Part shown: positions 27,605 to 36,842 of the stretch, one piece after another
Position numbering within the stretch: the first letter of the stretch is position 1
How the letters are laid out: each line of letters opens with the position of its first letter
Source: a virus
Lineage: Duplodnaviria > Caudoviricetes
Length of the DNA: 56,543 nt
IMG/VR virus record: IMGVR_UViG_3300046002_002936
Coordinates: 1-56,543 of that record
Strand: one strand, 5' to 3'
Notes under the pieces: generated by a model
What the model was told of the DNA's origin: nothing
What the model saw: only the letters and a program-made list of their open reading frames with translations
Databases searched by the model: none
Program-made: the position numbers and the translations under genes

Positions 27605-29186
27605 TGTCCCAACTCCTCTTCAATACCCGGTAAAATTTTCCGTCCTTACGATATTCAATCTCGCTTGGATGGGCACCCACATTCAACCTATCTGCCCACT
27701 CGTCAAGGCTTGTCGCGCCCGCAAGGTTTACTTCGGCACGTCGAGCAATTTTATAAAATGTGGCCATGGCCCTGTCCCCGGCGATCCCATCGTGCGTCAC
27801 AGCCAGATACTCCACCACGCTCGGATCAGACAGCGCCCCGTAATAGGTCACGGCCAGCATCTCCTTGCCGCTCGTGCGAGAGATATGCTTTCGCCATTGC
27901 CAGCCTGTCAGGCTCATGTCTGTGCCCTCCAGACCCATGATGTCGTCTTGATGCAGCATTAGCTTTGGGGGCTCCGATATGGGAAATGGCTCGCCGCAGT
28001 TCGGGCAGACCCTCGCGGAGATAGGCACAAGCTCGTCACACGACAGGCAGGCCTTCACAGGAGCCTCGCCAGTGCCCTCCCCCTTGGGTTTGCCGGGGTT
28101 GATGGCCGTGATGGGTCCGTGCGTCTGTACGACCCTCGCAAAGTCAAGGACGAGGCAGTGGTCGGTGTGGCTCTTGATCCGCATGCCGCGCCCCGCCATC
28201 TGGACGTACAGGCTGGCGCTCATGGTCGGGCGCAGCATGGCGATCAGGTCAATGTCCGGGTAGTCAAAGCCGGTGGTGAGCACGTTGGCGTTGGTCACGG
28301 CGCGGAGCTTACCGGCCTTGAAGTCGGCTAGGATGCGCTCGCGCTGCGCCTTGGGGGTCGTGCCGGTCACGCAGGCGGATGGGATGCCGTGCGAGGCCAA
28401 GACGTCAGCCACGTTTTGGGCGTGACCGACGCCCGTGCAGAAGATCAGCCAAGCCTTGCGATCCCCGGCCCACTCGATCACCTCTTCGACCACTGACAGA
28501 TTGTTCTTGTCCGTGTCCACGGCGGCCTGAAGTTCGCTCTCGATGAAGTCACCGCCCCTCTTGTGGACGCCGGACGTGTCGAACGAGGTCTTCGTGAACT
28601 TACTCTTGAGCGTCGATAGGTGCCCCTTGTGGATCAGTTCCTCAATTGTCACCGGCTCAATCAGGTCGTGGAACAGGGCCGACCCGTTGGTGATCACGCC
28701 GTGGCCTAAGCGGTATGGCGTGGCCGTGAGCCCCACGACGCGCATATTTGGATTGATCTTCTTCAGGTTCGACAGGAACGACCTGTAGCCGCCCTCGTCC
28801 TTGTGGCTGACAAGGTGGCACTCGTCGATGATGCAAAGGTCGATGTGGCCGACCTGACTGGCCTTGTTGCGGATTGACTGAATGCCCGCGAACGTGATGG
28901 GCTCCCCAAGCTGCCTGAGCCTTAGCGCCGAGGAATAGATGCCCATGGGCGCGCCCCTCCAGTGCTCGCGCATCTTCTCGGCGTTCTGTTCGATCAGTTC
29001 CTTGACGTGCGTCAGCATCAAGATGCGCGTCTCTGGCCAGTTCTGGAGGGCGTCCTTGCACAGGGCGGCCACGATGTGGCTCTTGCCCGCGCCTGTCGGC
29101 AGAACCAAGCAGGGGTTGCCCTCATTGCCTGCGGCGAACCAAGCGTAAAGCTGGTCAATGGCGCGTTGTTGATAATCTCTTAGCAT
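27588..29186 (-). CDS. SF2 DEAH helicase (RadD/YejH-like) with C-terminal Zn finger
   Basis: LRDYQ, PTGAGKS, DECH, GLTATP, TGFD, QMAGRG, CxxC...CxxC. Confidence 0.92.
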   Translation of the reverse strand: MLRDYQQRAIDQLYAWFAAGNEGNPCLVLPTGAGKSHIVAALCKDALQNWPETRILMLTHVKELIEQNAEKMREHWRGAPMGIYSSALRLRQLGEPITFAGIQSIRNKASQVGHIDLCIIDECHLVSHKDEGGYRSFLSNLKKINPNMRVVGLTATPYRLGHGVITNGSALFHDLIEPVTIEELIHKGHLSTLKSKFTKTSFDTSGVHKRGGDFIESELQAAVDTDKNNLSVVEEVIEWAGDRKAWLIFCTGVGHAQNVADVLASHGIPSACVTGTTPKAQRERILADFKAGKLRAVTNANVLTTGFDYPDIDLIAMLRPTMSASLYVQMAGRGMRIKSHTDHCLVLDFARVVQTHGPITAINPGKPKGEGTGEAPVKACLSCDELVPISARVCPNCGEPFPISEPPKLMLHQDDIMGLEGTDMSLTGWQWRKHISRTSGKEMLAVTYYGALSDPSVVEYLAVTHDGIAGDRAMATFYKIARRAEVNLAGATSLDEWADRLNVGAHPSEIEYRKDGKFYRVLKRSWDNGASA

Positions 29187-30409
29187 GGCAGGTCCTCCAC
29201 CATCTGGATGCGTTCGCCGATCCAGCGCATACATGGAACGGCCATTGAATTGCCTAGCGCCTTATATCTGGGGCCGTCTGCGGCGGGCTTGCCGCGATAT
29301 GGGATCAGCGTGTAACCGTCTGGGAAGCCTTGTAGGCGCTCGCATTCGGTGGGGGTCAGACGGCGGACGGCGGAGGCCTGCCGGATAAAACTTGTTTGCT
29401 TCATGCCCGGATTGGCCGCTAAGGCCCCAACAACCGCCATCTCGCGCACTTCGTCTCGCGTGTTTTGAGCAAAGGCAACGGCAATCCGATCCGCTTGAGT
29501 GCTCAATGTGGGAGATTGCTCTTCGTTTATCGCAATGGATCGTGCTTTTGCGCCCATCTGCCAATCAAAGGCAACGGCTGGAACATGCCCCTGCGCCGTA
29601 ATGGGGTGACACGGATCGCCCGGCTTTGGGTTGCTGCCGTTTTGGGGGCTGGTGATTTGAGTGGTGTCAAAATTCAAAACATCAATTCGTTGAGAAGAAC
29701 CTCTACCCGTTGTCCCCGCGCAGTCTAGCGTTGCGGTGATATTGGACAACCTGGGTACGCCGTCGCTGGTGTTAATGGCAAAGGCAACGCTTGGTCCGCT
29801 ACTGTTTGTAGGGCCAACCTCAAAGCCGCTGGCAGAACCTTCCCCCTTTTCTCTGCTCGGCGCAGTATCCCCTCGCAAGCCTTCGCGCTCAAAAAGAACC
29901 GATGCGGCACGTCGCCAGTCTCCAAGATATCCGACAACGAACACACGCTTGCGGCGCTGGGCCAGTCCGAAATATTGAGCGTCAAGAACTCGGTAGGCGA
30001 ACCCATACCCGACCTCGCCCAAGCCCGCGAGGATGGAACCAAAGTCCCGTCCTCCGTTACTTGACAGGACGCCGGGGACGTTCTCCCAAACCACCCATCT
30101 GGGGCGCAGTCGTTGAGCAAGCTTAAGGAACTCGAGGGCCAAGTTACCACGGTCGTCGTCCAGTCCGCCTCTGAGGCCTGCGACGCTGAAGGACTGGCAG
30201 GGAGTTCCTCCGACCAGAAGGTCAATTGGTTCATATTGTCCGTCTTGGATCGTGGTGAAATCGCCATGCAGGGGAACCTCTGGGTAATGGTGCGCCAACA
30301 CAGCGCGGGGAAATTTATCAATCTCGGACACAAACGAGGCCTTCCAACCAAGGGGGTGCCACGCGACTGAAGCGGCCTCAATGCCGCTGCAAACTGAACC
30401 GTAGATCAT
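29180..30409 (-). CDS. DNA cytosine-C5 methyltransferase
   Basis: CSGIEA, GGTPCQSFS, WENVPG, QRRKRVF, RRLTPTECERLQGFP, KALGNS. Confidence 0.93.
   Translation of the reverse strand: MIYGSVCSGIEAASVAWHPLGWKASFVSEIDKFPRAVLAHHYPEVPLHGDFTTIQDGQYEPIDLLVGGTPCQSFSVAGLRGGLDDDRGNLALEFLKLAQRLRPRWVVWENVPGVLSSNGGRDFGSILAGLGEVGYGFAYRVLDAQYFGLAQRRKRVFVVGYLGDWRRAASVLFEREGLRGDTAPSREKGEGSASGFEVGPTNSSGPSVAFAINTSDGVPRLSNITATLDCAGTTGRGSSQRIDVLNFDTTQITSPQNGSNPKPGDPCHPITAQGHVPAVAFDWQMGAKARSIAINEEQSPTLSTQADRIAVAFAQNTRDEVREMAVVGALAANPGMKQTSFIRQASAVRRLTPTECERLQGFPDGYTLIPYRGKPAADGPRYKALGNSMAVPCMRWIGERIQMVEDLPC
29725..30234 (-). CDS. Overprinted ORF inside the methyltransferase, putative beta polypeptide
   Basis: Alternative-frame ORF MNQLTFW...SLSDILETGDVPHRFFLSAKACEGILRRAEKRGK, recalled as resembling M.EcoHK31I-type beta subunits. 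Confidence 0.6.
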   Translation of the reverse strand: MNQLTFWSEELPASPSASQASEADWTTTVVTWPSSSLSLLNDCAPDGWFGRTSPASCQVTEDGTLVPSSRAWARSGMGSPTEFLTLNISDWPSAASVCSLSDILETGDVPHRFFLSAKACEGILRRAEKRGKVLPAALRLALQTVADQALPLPLTPATAYPGCPISPQR

Positions 30410-31413
30410 TTGACCACCTTCGCGCCCGGAAACGCCTCTCTAACTGTCTTCACAAACGGCGTCTCACACGCCTCTGGATTGGTCACGATCTCCTTGCTGG
30501 TGTACCCACCCGGCCCATTGACCACCTGTCGCCCGTCGATGTCCCACGTCACGCTCAGGCCATCTTCGCTCGGCGTCATCGGCCAAGGCACCAGATCGGG
30601 GTGGATGACGTGGTCGTCGCAGCCCTCGTGCTGGAAGTCCTCGGGGATGTTGTCGGCCTCGTGCCGCTCGCAGCGCCACGTACTATCCGCCATGGCCGTA
30701 CTGTGGGCGCAGGTGCGGCAGTTGGCGTGCTTCGTCGGCTCGGCCTTGTGACAGAATGCGTGCGCTGGGCAGAACTTGCACTGGAACCAAGATGGGTCCG
30801 TGCTGATCGGCGGGGGGATGCGATCTGCCAAGGCAATGCGCTGACCCTTGGCGATGGCCTTCTCAGCTACGTCGCGATCATAACGCACCCGCTCGGTGTA
30901 CAGGCGGTCGTCGTCCTTGCAAACGGCCACGTAGAGCGCGCGGTCGATATCCATGCCGTGCATGTAGACCTGCATCTGAGTGAAGTGCATGGGCTTGGAC
31001 TTCTCCACGCCGTTCTTGACCACGTCCTCAAAGGACTTCTTGGCGTGCGTCTTGAACTCGGCCACGTGCCGCTTCTTGGGGGCCTCTGGCACGCCGCTCT
31101 CAATGATGCCGTCGAGGCTGCCCGAGACGTGGCTACCGAAGTTGACACGCGCCTGACTGGATCGGATGTCGATGCCTGCGCCCTTGAGGTCGGCAATAAT
31201 CGTGGCCTCCTCATTGTGCCCGCGTCGGAACAGGCGAAGGATGCGCCCCTCAAACTTCTCGACCACGGCCCAGCGGAAGGAGAGCCAGAGCCACCGCTCG
31301 CAGTGGTGGCCTAGGGTGCTGCACCCCATGTGCGGGCGCGGCCTCTCGGCGAGGCTCTCGTGATATTGATCGATCAGGGCGGTTAGTGTATGAACGGGTT
31401 CGGGTAACTTCAT
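30406..31413 (-). CDS. Cas4-like / PD-(D/E)XK exonuclease
   Basis: HMGCS...C.R.LW, GSLDG, EFKT, QMQVYM, CKFC...C Fe-S-type cysteines. Confidence 0.85.
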   Translation of the reverse strand: MKLPEPVHTLTALIDQYHESLAERPRPHMGCSTLGHHCERWLWLSFRWAVVEKFEGRILRLFRRGHNEEATIIADLKGAGIDIRSSQARVNFGSHVSGSLDGIIESGVPEAPKKRHVAEFKTHAKKSFEDVVKNGVEKSKPMHFTQMQVYMHGMDIDRALYVAVCKDDDRLYTERVRYDRDVAEKAIAKGQRIALADRIPPPISTDPSWFQCKFCPAHAFCHKAEPTKHANCRTCAHSTAMADSTWRCERHEADNIPEDFQHEGCDDHVIHPDLVPWPMTPSEDGLSVTWDIDGRQVVNGPGGYTSKEIVTNPEACETPFVKTVREAFPGAKVVK

Positions 31414-31428
31414 GGCCTCTCTCCTGCG

Positions 31429-31473
31429 AAAAACTAGCCCCAGCCGGTGTGTCACTGGCCGGGGCTTTCTTTT
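31429..31473 (-). terminator. Intrinsic terminator after the SSB gene (possibly bidirectional)
   Basis: AGCCCCAGCCGGTG...CACTGGCCGGGGCT stem with A/T tracts on both sides. Confidence 0.6.
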
Positions 31474-31481
31474 GGTGGCTA

Positions 31482-31988
31482 CTACTTAGCCCAAGGAGGC
31501 TTCGCGCCAGCCGGTGCGGACGTCGCAGCCGGTGCGGAGGCAGTGCGGACGGGGAGAGGTGCCGCGCCGCTTGCCGACTTCCACCCGCCGATCTCGTTCT
31601 GCTCGTTGGTGTAGCCTGCGGCCTTGTCCTTCTCGGATGGCTTGCGGATTTTGACCTTGATCTGGAGCGTGCCCCCGATCAGTTGGTCTGTGTCCTCAAC
31701 CTTCGCCAGACCGATGGCGCGCATAATCTCACCGAGCTGCTCACGCCCGATCTTCTCAGCCGCCGCACTCTGGTTGCGGATGTTGACACTTGCAAACACC
31801 ACCCGCCCCTCGTGGGTAGGGCCTGTGATGTCATACCGGATGTCGATCTTGGTGCCGGTCCCAGCCTTAGTCTGGCCCAGTTCGGCCTTGCTAATGGTGG
31901 CGGCATACCAGCCCTCTGGGATCAGATCGTAAGAGCGATCCGAGGTGGGAAGTTCGTCTGCCTTAATGGTCTCGCCTAGAAATGCCAT
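31482..31988 (-). CDS. DUF669-like single-stranded DNA-binding protein
   Basis: YDLIPEGWY.ATI...TKAGTG...DTDQLIG; C-terminal KPPWAK; Sak4 context. Confidence 0.8.
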   Translation of the reverse strand: MAFLGETIKADELPTSDRSYDLIPEGWYAATISKAELGQTKAGTGTKIDIRYDITGPTHEGRVVFASVNIRNQSAAAEKIGREQLGEIMRAIGLAKVEDTDQLIGGTLQIKVKIRKPSEKDKAAGYTNEQNEIGGWKSASGAAPLPVRTASAPAATSAPAGAKPPWAK

Positions 31989-31994
31989 GGTGTT

Positions 31995-32369
31995 CTACTC
32001 CTTGAGTGTGATGGTAAAAGATGGACGGCCCGGCGTCGCCGTGATCGCGTCCAACAGTGGGGTGGTGATCGTCTTGTCCGCAGCCTTCCATGCCGTCATG
32101 GCAATTTCGGGCTTCCAACGGAACAGGCTTGAGAGGTGCTCCGTCAGACCGTGCTCGACGGCAAGCTCCTGAAGCTTGTCGCCGTTGACCTTGCGATTGA
32201 TGCGGCCATCAATTTTGATCTTGTAGCCGCCGTCAATCTCAGTCGTGGTGCCGTCCAAGTCGTCTGGCACCTTGAACTGCTTGACCAACTGATCCTCGAC
32301 GGCCCGACGCGCTTGGATGGCGTGAGCCTCCATCTGCTTGGCGTCGAGCCATTGTTGATACAGGCTCAA
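31995..32369 (-). CDS. Conserved hypothetical protein of the Sak4 module
   Basis: FRWKPEI...AITATPGRPSF; TTG start overlapping upstream TGA. Confidence 0.7.
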   Translation of the reverse strand: MSLYQQWLDAKQMEAHAIQARRAVEDQLVKQFKVPDDLDGTTTEIDGGYKIKIDGRINRKVNGDKLQELAVEHGLTEHLSSLFRWKPEIAMTAWKAADKTITTPLLDAITATPGRPSFTITLKE

Positions 32370-33043
32370 CGGCCACCCCCGATCTTGGCAATGATCGCGC
32401 CGAGGTCTGGAGCCTCCCAGCTTTCGAGCTTGCCTGACCGATCCTTGGCCAGCCAGACGCCGTCGCTGTCGCACATCAGGGCGCGCTGGGTGTTGTTCTC
32501 TGCGTCACGCTCAACGCGCAAGGCCAGCACCTCGTCAAAGAAGTAGGGCAGGCCCTGCGTCAGTGACTTACCCGGCATGGACGGGTTGTAGAGCAGCTTG
32601 CCCATCTCATCCTGCGACTTCTCGAGCTTGGCACTCATGTAGACGTGCTTGCCGGGGAGGTCGCGGAAGGCGCGGATCAGTTCCTGCATGGTGGTGTTCA
32701 GTTCACCGTAGGCCGCTCGACCGTCCTTGTTCTTCTTCAGCTCGTGCTGGAGGACGACCTCGGCCACTTCGCTGATGCTGTCCAAGGCCACGCTCTGGAA
32801 CTGGTCGGCCTCTTTACTGTCCTTGGCCCACTCATAAGCCTCACGCAGATCGTCCATGTTGGCGATCTCAATGAAGTCGATGTTTGCGTCCTGAATTGAC
32901 AGCAAGCCGCCCTCAGCCGAAAGTACTATCGGATTAGGCAAGGTGGGGATTAGACTGGTCTTACCTGAGCCTGCCTGTCCGTAGACGAGCAGCTTTACGC
33001 CATCGGCGGTCAGCCCGCCGGTCTTCTTCAAATTGATAGCCAT
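32366..33043 (-). CDS. Sak4-like AAA_24 ATPase / recombinase
   Basis: VYGQAGSGKT, SAEGG, LDSISE, AKDRSGKL. Confidence 0.88.
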   Translation of the reverse strand: MAINLKKTGGLTADGVKLLVYGQAGSGKTSLIPTLPNPIVLSAEGGLLSIQDANIDFIEIANMDDLREAYEWAKDSKEADQFQSVALDSISEVAEVVLQHELKKNKDGRAAYGELNTTMQELIRAFRDLPGKHVYMSAKLEKSQDEMGKLLYNPSMPGKSLTQGLPYFFDEVLALRVERDAENNTQRALMCDSDGVWLAKDRSGKLESWEAPDLGAIIAKIGGGR

Positions 33044-33159
33044 GATGGCTCCTGTTGATGCACCAGTCGGACAATCCAGTCGGTGCGTGATTAATTCTTT
33101 ACAGACCATTGGTGCGTGTGTAAACCCCCCATTGTGCAGAAATTTACAGAGGACGTGAA

Positions 33160-33342
33160 ATGCTCAACCTCGAACAAATACGAACCGCGCTGGACGACCG
33201 GAACCTTGAGAAGGTCTCGGAGAACACTGGCGTGCATCGCAACACACTGGCAGCCATTAGAACCGGCAGTAATACCAATCCCACCTACGCCACCCTCAAG
33301 ACCCTGTCCGACTATCTGAGCGGGGCTCCGGTTAATGGCTGA
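33160..33342 (+). CDS. Cro/XRE-like HTH regulator
   Basis: VSENTGVHRNTLAAIRTG..NPTYATL; divergent from the Sak4 operon. Confidence 0.8.
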   Translation: MLNLEQIRTALDDRNLEKVSENTGVHRNTLAAIRTGSNTNPTYATLKTLSDYLSGAPVNG

Positions 33343-35350
33343 CTTGACCAACATCTTGGGCGGCGCGTGGTCCCCACCCAAGGCAATAGAACCAGACCCG
33401 CCAGAGCTTCAGCTTCTGGACGCCATGCAGGCGGCAGGGCTGACGACACCCCAGACCGTACAGCTCGACGGCAAGCTTCACCGCTTCAACTCAGGCACCA
33501 AGGGCAAGGCTGGTCACGACAAGTCGGGCTGGTACATCGCCTACGGGGACGGCGTCCCTGCTGGCCGCTTTGGCTGCTGGCGAGCTGGCATCGAGATCAC
33601 TTGGCGCGCCGATGTTGGGCGCAACCTGTCCCCCGCCGAGGAGATGGCCCACGCCCGCCGCATGGCAGAGGCCAAGGCCACCAGAGACGCAGAGCTGAAG
33701 AGACAGCGCGAGATCGCCTCGGACACGGTCGAGACCATCTGGACCAATGCCGGTGCGGCTCACCCAGATCACCCCTACCTCGCCCGAAAGGGCATCGCAG
33801 TCCACGGCGCGCGCGTCACAGGCGACGGTCGTCTGGTCGTGCCGCTCTATCTCGGTGACCACCTCGCCTCGGTTCAGTACATCGACCACGAGGGCGGCAA
33901 GCTCTACCACACTGGCGGCCAGACCCTCGGCTGTCACTGGATGGTCGGCACCCTTGACGAACCCGGCACCATCTACATCGCCGAGGGCTTCGCCACCGCA
34001 GCCACCATCCACGAGGCCACCAACCGCCCCTGCGTCGTGGCCTACTCGGCATCCAACATCGTTCCCGTCTTGGGAACCATCCGCGAGCGGTACGGCCCAT
34101 CCCAAGAGATCGTGATCGTGGCCGACAATGACGCCTCCGGCACTGGCCAGAAGTACGCTGAACAGGCCTGCGCCAAGCACGGTGCGCGCCTGATCGTCCC
34201 GCCCCTGATCGGCGACGCCAATGACTACGCTCAGGCTGGGCACGACCTCAAGATATTGCTGGCCCCACCCCTGACCGACTGGCTGATCCCCGCCGACAGC
34301 TTCTGCATGGAGCCCGCCCCCATCAAGTGGCTGGTGAAGAAGTGGGTGCAGGAGAACGCCCTGATCATGGTCCACGGCCCATCGGGCGGCGGCAAGACCT
34401 TCGTGGTTCTGGACTGGAGCCTTCACATGGCCGCCGGTATCCCGGAGTGGCAGGGTCACAAGGTCAAGGCTGGCCCAGTCGTTTATTTGGCCGGTGAGGG
34501 CCACCACGGCATGCGTGGGCGGGTGGCGGCTTGGAGGCAGGAGCACAACGCCGGTCCCCTCGATATGTGGATCAGCAGGGCCGGGTGCGACCTGAACACG
34601 CCAGAGGGTTACTCGCGCGTGGTTGACGCCATCCGCGCCGATCTACCAAAGGCCCCCAACCTCATCGTGGTGGACACCCTGCACCGCTTCCTCGCCGGAG
34701 ATGAGAACAGTTCGCAAGACGCCAAAACCATGATCGACGCCTGCGCCAACCTGATGGCCGAGTTCAACTGCTCGGTCCTGCTGGTCCACCACACTGGCGT
34801 ATCTGACGAGACCCAGCACCGGGCGCGGGGATCGTCTGCTTGGAAAGGCGCGCTCGAGATCGAGATCAGCGTCATCCCGCCGAAGGGCGACGCGGCCATG
34901 CAGATCGTGCAGCGCAAGTCCAAGGACGCAGAGGAGGCCGAGCCGATCTTCGCCAGTCTCAAGTCCGTGGCGATCAGGGGCTGGTTCGACGAGGACGGTG
35001 AGCCTGTCACCAGCGCCGTTCTGGTGGCCGAGGACGCCCCGCCAGAGCGTAAGAGGGACAGCAAGCTGGACGGCCACAGGAAGACGCTGGAGCGGGCTTG
35101 GTGGGCTGGTGGGGCCGAGGTACGCGAAGACGCTCCATACGTCTCCAGATCGATCCTGAAGGACCTGCTGACCAAGGACGGGAACGCAGAGCGCACCGTG
35201 CGGAACATGGTCAATCCGTCTTACCCCGATAAGATGATCGGGGCGCTGCTTCAGGGCGAGATCATCGAGGCTCTGGAGCACGGTTGGATCGTGGTGGATG
35301 ACGCGAATGCAAGCGCCATGATGCTGACCAAGGGGGGTGCAATAAAATAA
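33335..35350 (+). CDS. Primase-helicase (Toprim plus RepA/AAA_25 helicase)
   Basis: HPYL, AEGFATA, ADND Toprim; GPSGGGKT, YLAGEG, VVDTL, VHHTG, RGSSA. Confidence 0.92.
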   Translation: MADLTNILGGAWSPPKAIEPDPPELQLLDAMQAAGLTTPQTVQLDGKLHRFNSGTKGKAGHDKSGWYIAYGDGVPAGRFGCWRAGIEITWRADVGRNLSPAEEMAHARRMAEAKATRDAELKRQREIASDTVETIWTNAGAAHPDHPYLARKGIAVHGARVTGDGRLVVPLYLGDHLASVQYIDHEGGKLYHTGGQTLGCHWMVGTLDEPGTIYIAEGFATAATIHEATNRPCVVAYSASNIVPVLGTIRERYGPSQEIVIVADNDASGTGQKYAEQACAKHGARLIVPPLIGDANDYAQAGHDLKILLAPPLTDWLIPADSFCMEPAPIKWLVKKWVQENALIMVHGPSGGGKTFVVLDWSLHMAAGIPEWQGHKVKAGPVVYLAGEGHHGMRGRVAAWRQEHNAGPLDMWISRAGCDLNTPEGYSRVVDAIRADLPKAPNLIVVDTLHRFLAGDENSSQDAKTMIDACANLMAEFNCSVLLVHHTGVSDETQHRARGSSAWKGALEIEISVIPPKGDAAMQIVQRKSKDAEEAEPIFASLKSVAIRGWFDEDGEPVTSAVLVAEDAPPERKRDSKLDGHRKTLERAWWAGGAEVREDAPYVSRSILKDLLTKDGNAERTVRNMVNPSYPDKMIGALLQGEIIEALEHGWIVVDDANASAMMLTKGGAIK

Positions 35351-35361
35351 TTGCATCATTT

Positions 35362-35403
35362 TGCAATTAGCCGCTTGCAAGGGGTCTGGGTATCATTCAT
35401 AAA
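35362..35403 (+). promoter_or_regulatory. Operator TGCAA-N8-TTGCA plus promoter TTGCAA-17-CATAAA
   Basis: TGCAATTAGCCGCTTGCA at 35362-35379. Confidence 0.65.
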
Positions 35404-35443
35404 GGTTGCAGAGAGAAACACAGACCCCCACGGAGAGACCCCC

Positions 35444-35782
35444 ATGGCCTACAAAACTCCTTCCTTTCTTGCCAAGCGCGTTCGGACTTTCGTTCCAATC
35501 TGGGACCTGACCGCTGACGGCGTCTTCATCGGCACCCTGACCAACTTCTCAGGCGAAGGTCCAACGGCCACGGTTCGCTTGGGAAAGAGCCAGATGACGG
35601 TTGGCGGCGACGACATCCGCTCCTGCCTCTTTTACGCCAAGGAGGCCTACCTCCTCCTTGAGCATCACGCGAGTGGCTACGACGAAGAGTACATCGAAGA
35701 CGAGGACGGCGAGATCGCCCGCATGCGCTGGGAAGAGACCCGGTACTGCGACGAGCACCCAGAAGGCGACAACTGGTTCTAA
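35444..35782 (+). CDS. Early hypothetical protein (MAYKTPSF)
   Basis: CACGGAGAGACCCCCATG leader; followed by a cUUCGg hairpin. Confidence 0.7.
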   Translation: MAYKTPSFLAKRVRTFVPIWDLTADGVFIGTLTNFSGEGPTATVRLGKSQMTVGGDDIRSCLFYAKEAYLLLEHHASGYDEEYIEDEDGEIARMRWEETRYCDEHPEGDNWF

Positions 35783-35803
35783 TCCACAGCGGGGGGGCTT
35801 CGG

Positions 35804-35896
35804 CCCCCTCAATCTTTTTTCGTCAATCTGCAATTAAATGGTTGCAAGCAATCTGATTGTAGTGTTTAAAGACCTCACCGGCCCAGCAGGGCCGCC
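35804..35896 (+). repeat. ~93-bp promoter/operator module, copy 1 (copy 2 at 36490-36583)
   Basis: CCCCCTCAATCTTTTTT...TGCAATTAA.TGGTTGCAAG...TTTAAAGA.CTCACCGGCCCAGC.GGGCCGCC. Confidence 0.85.
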
Positions 35897-35923
35897 ACTG
35901 ACACAACCACGGAGACCACCCCA

Positions 35924-36226
35924 ATGGCCAACATCATCGACACCCTGACCGCCAGCATCGAAGACTACCGCGCCACCAACAAGCAGCCTTGCAAGAACTA
36001 CGCTACGAAGGCAGCCGCTGAGAAGGCTACGGCGAACATGGCGCAGATCGCGGCCAACCACTTCGACCGCGCCGGTCGGGACAACGCCCCCTCCGCCAAC
36101 TACATCGTGTTCTTCAACGAGGCTTGGGGCCGCTGGGTCGGAGCCATCGACCTGACCGAGCTGCTGCGTCGCCCAACCTGCACCGGGGGCTACCTCGGCG
36201 TCTGCACTGGCTTCTTCACCTACTAA
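35924..36226 (+). CDS. Early hypothetical protein
   Basis: CACGGAGA leader; strong GC3 bias. Confidence 0.75.
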   Translation: MANIIDTLTASIEDYRATNKQPCKNYATKAAAEKATANMAQIAANHFDRAGRDNAPSANYIVFFNEAWGRWVGAIDLTELLRRPTCTGGYLGVCTGFFTY

Positions 36227-36273
36227 CCCGAGAGGGGGCTTCGGCCCCCACCCTAACCCACGGAGAGACCCCC

Positions 36274-36489
36274 ATGACCGACACCCAGACCCTGATCGCC
36301 GCCGTCAAGGCCCACGCCCTCGCCAACTACGAGAAGGGCGGCTGGGACTTCATCGTCGAGTGCTGGGACGACGCCGACATCCTCGAGGAGATCGGCGAGT
36401 GCAAGACCGCCAAGCAGGCCATCCGGGCCGTGGGCGCGGTCGCCAAGGCGCTGGCAGGGCAGCGGGAGGAGGTCAGGGGGGAGTGGTGA
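36274..36489 (+). CDS. Early hypothetical protein (HALANYEKGGWDFIVECW)
   Basis: CACGGAGA leader. Confidence 0.75.
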   Translation: MTDTQTLIAAVKAHALANYEKGGWDFIVECWDDADILEEIGECKTAKQAIRAVGAVAKALAGQREEVRGEW

Positions 36490-36583
36490 CCCCCTCAATC
36501 TTTTTTCTGTCAATTTGCAATTAAGTGGTTGCAAGACCGATCAGGGCATGATTTAAAGAACTCACCGGCCCAGCGGGGCCGCC
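36490..36583 (+). repeat. Promoter/operator module, copy 2
   Basis: Imperfect direct repeat of 35804-35896. Confidence 0.85.
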
Positions 36584-36606
36584 CAAACCCAACCGGAGCT
36601 ACTCAG

Positions 36607-36783
36607 ATGACCACCGTCGAAATGAACCGCCGCCTTGCCACCATGACCTCCGAGGCCATTGCCCAGATCAGCGACTTGGTTCGCGAAGGCTGGGGCCAGT
36701 CCGGCATCACCAACGGCGGCAACCCTTACGGGGCTAGCGTCAAGCAGATCAACGCAGTGTTCCAACTGGTTCAGGCCCGATAG
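36607..36783 (+). CDS. Early hypothetical protein (MTTVEMN)
   Basis: CCGGAG SD after the promoter module. Confidence 0.6.
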   Translation: MTTVEMNRRLATMTSEAIAQISDLVREGWGQSGITNGGNPYGASVKQINAVFQLVQAR

Positions 36784-36842
36784 GCCACCTACCCACAGCG
36801 GGGGCTTCGGCCCCCACCACCCTGCCCCACGGAGAGACCCCA

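Noticed and set aside
30406-31413. Cas4-like nuclease as evidence of a CRISPR system
   Set aside because: Sits in a standard Sak4-SSB-helicase recombination module; no array or other cas genes
33491-35380. Long antisense ORFs (351 aa, 245 aa) opposite the primase-helicase
   Set aside because: Expected shadow of strong GC3 codon bias; no motifs or RBS
35784-36835. Repeats with variable spacers considered as a CRISPR array or integron attC sites
   Set aside because: Spacers are whole genes of unequal length; no cas or integron integrase; no attC R-box structure
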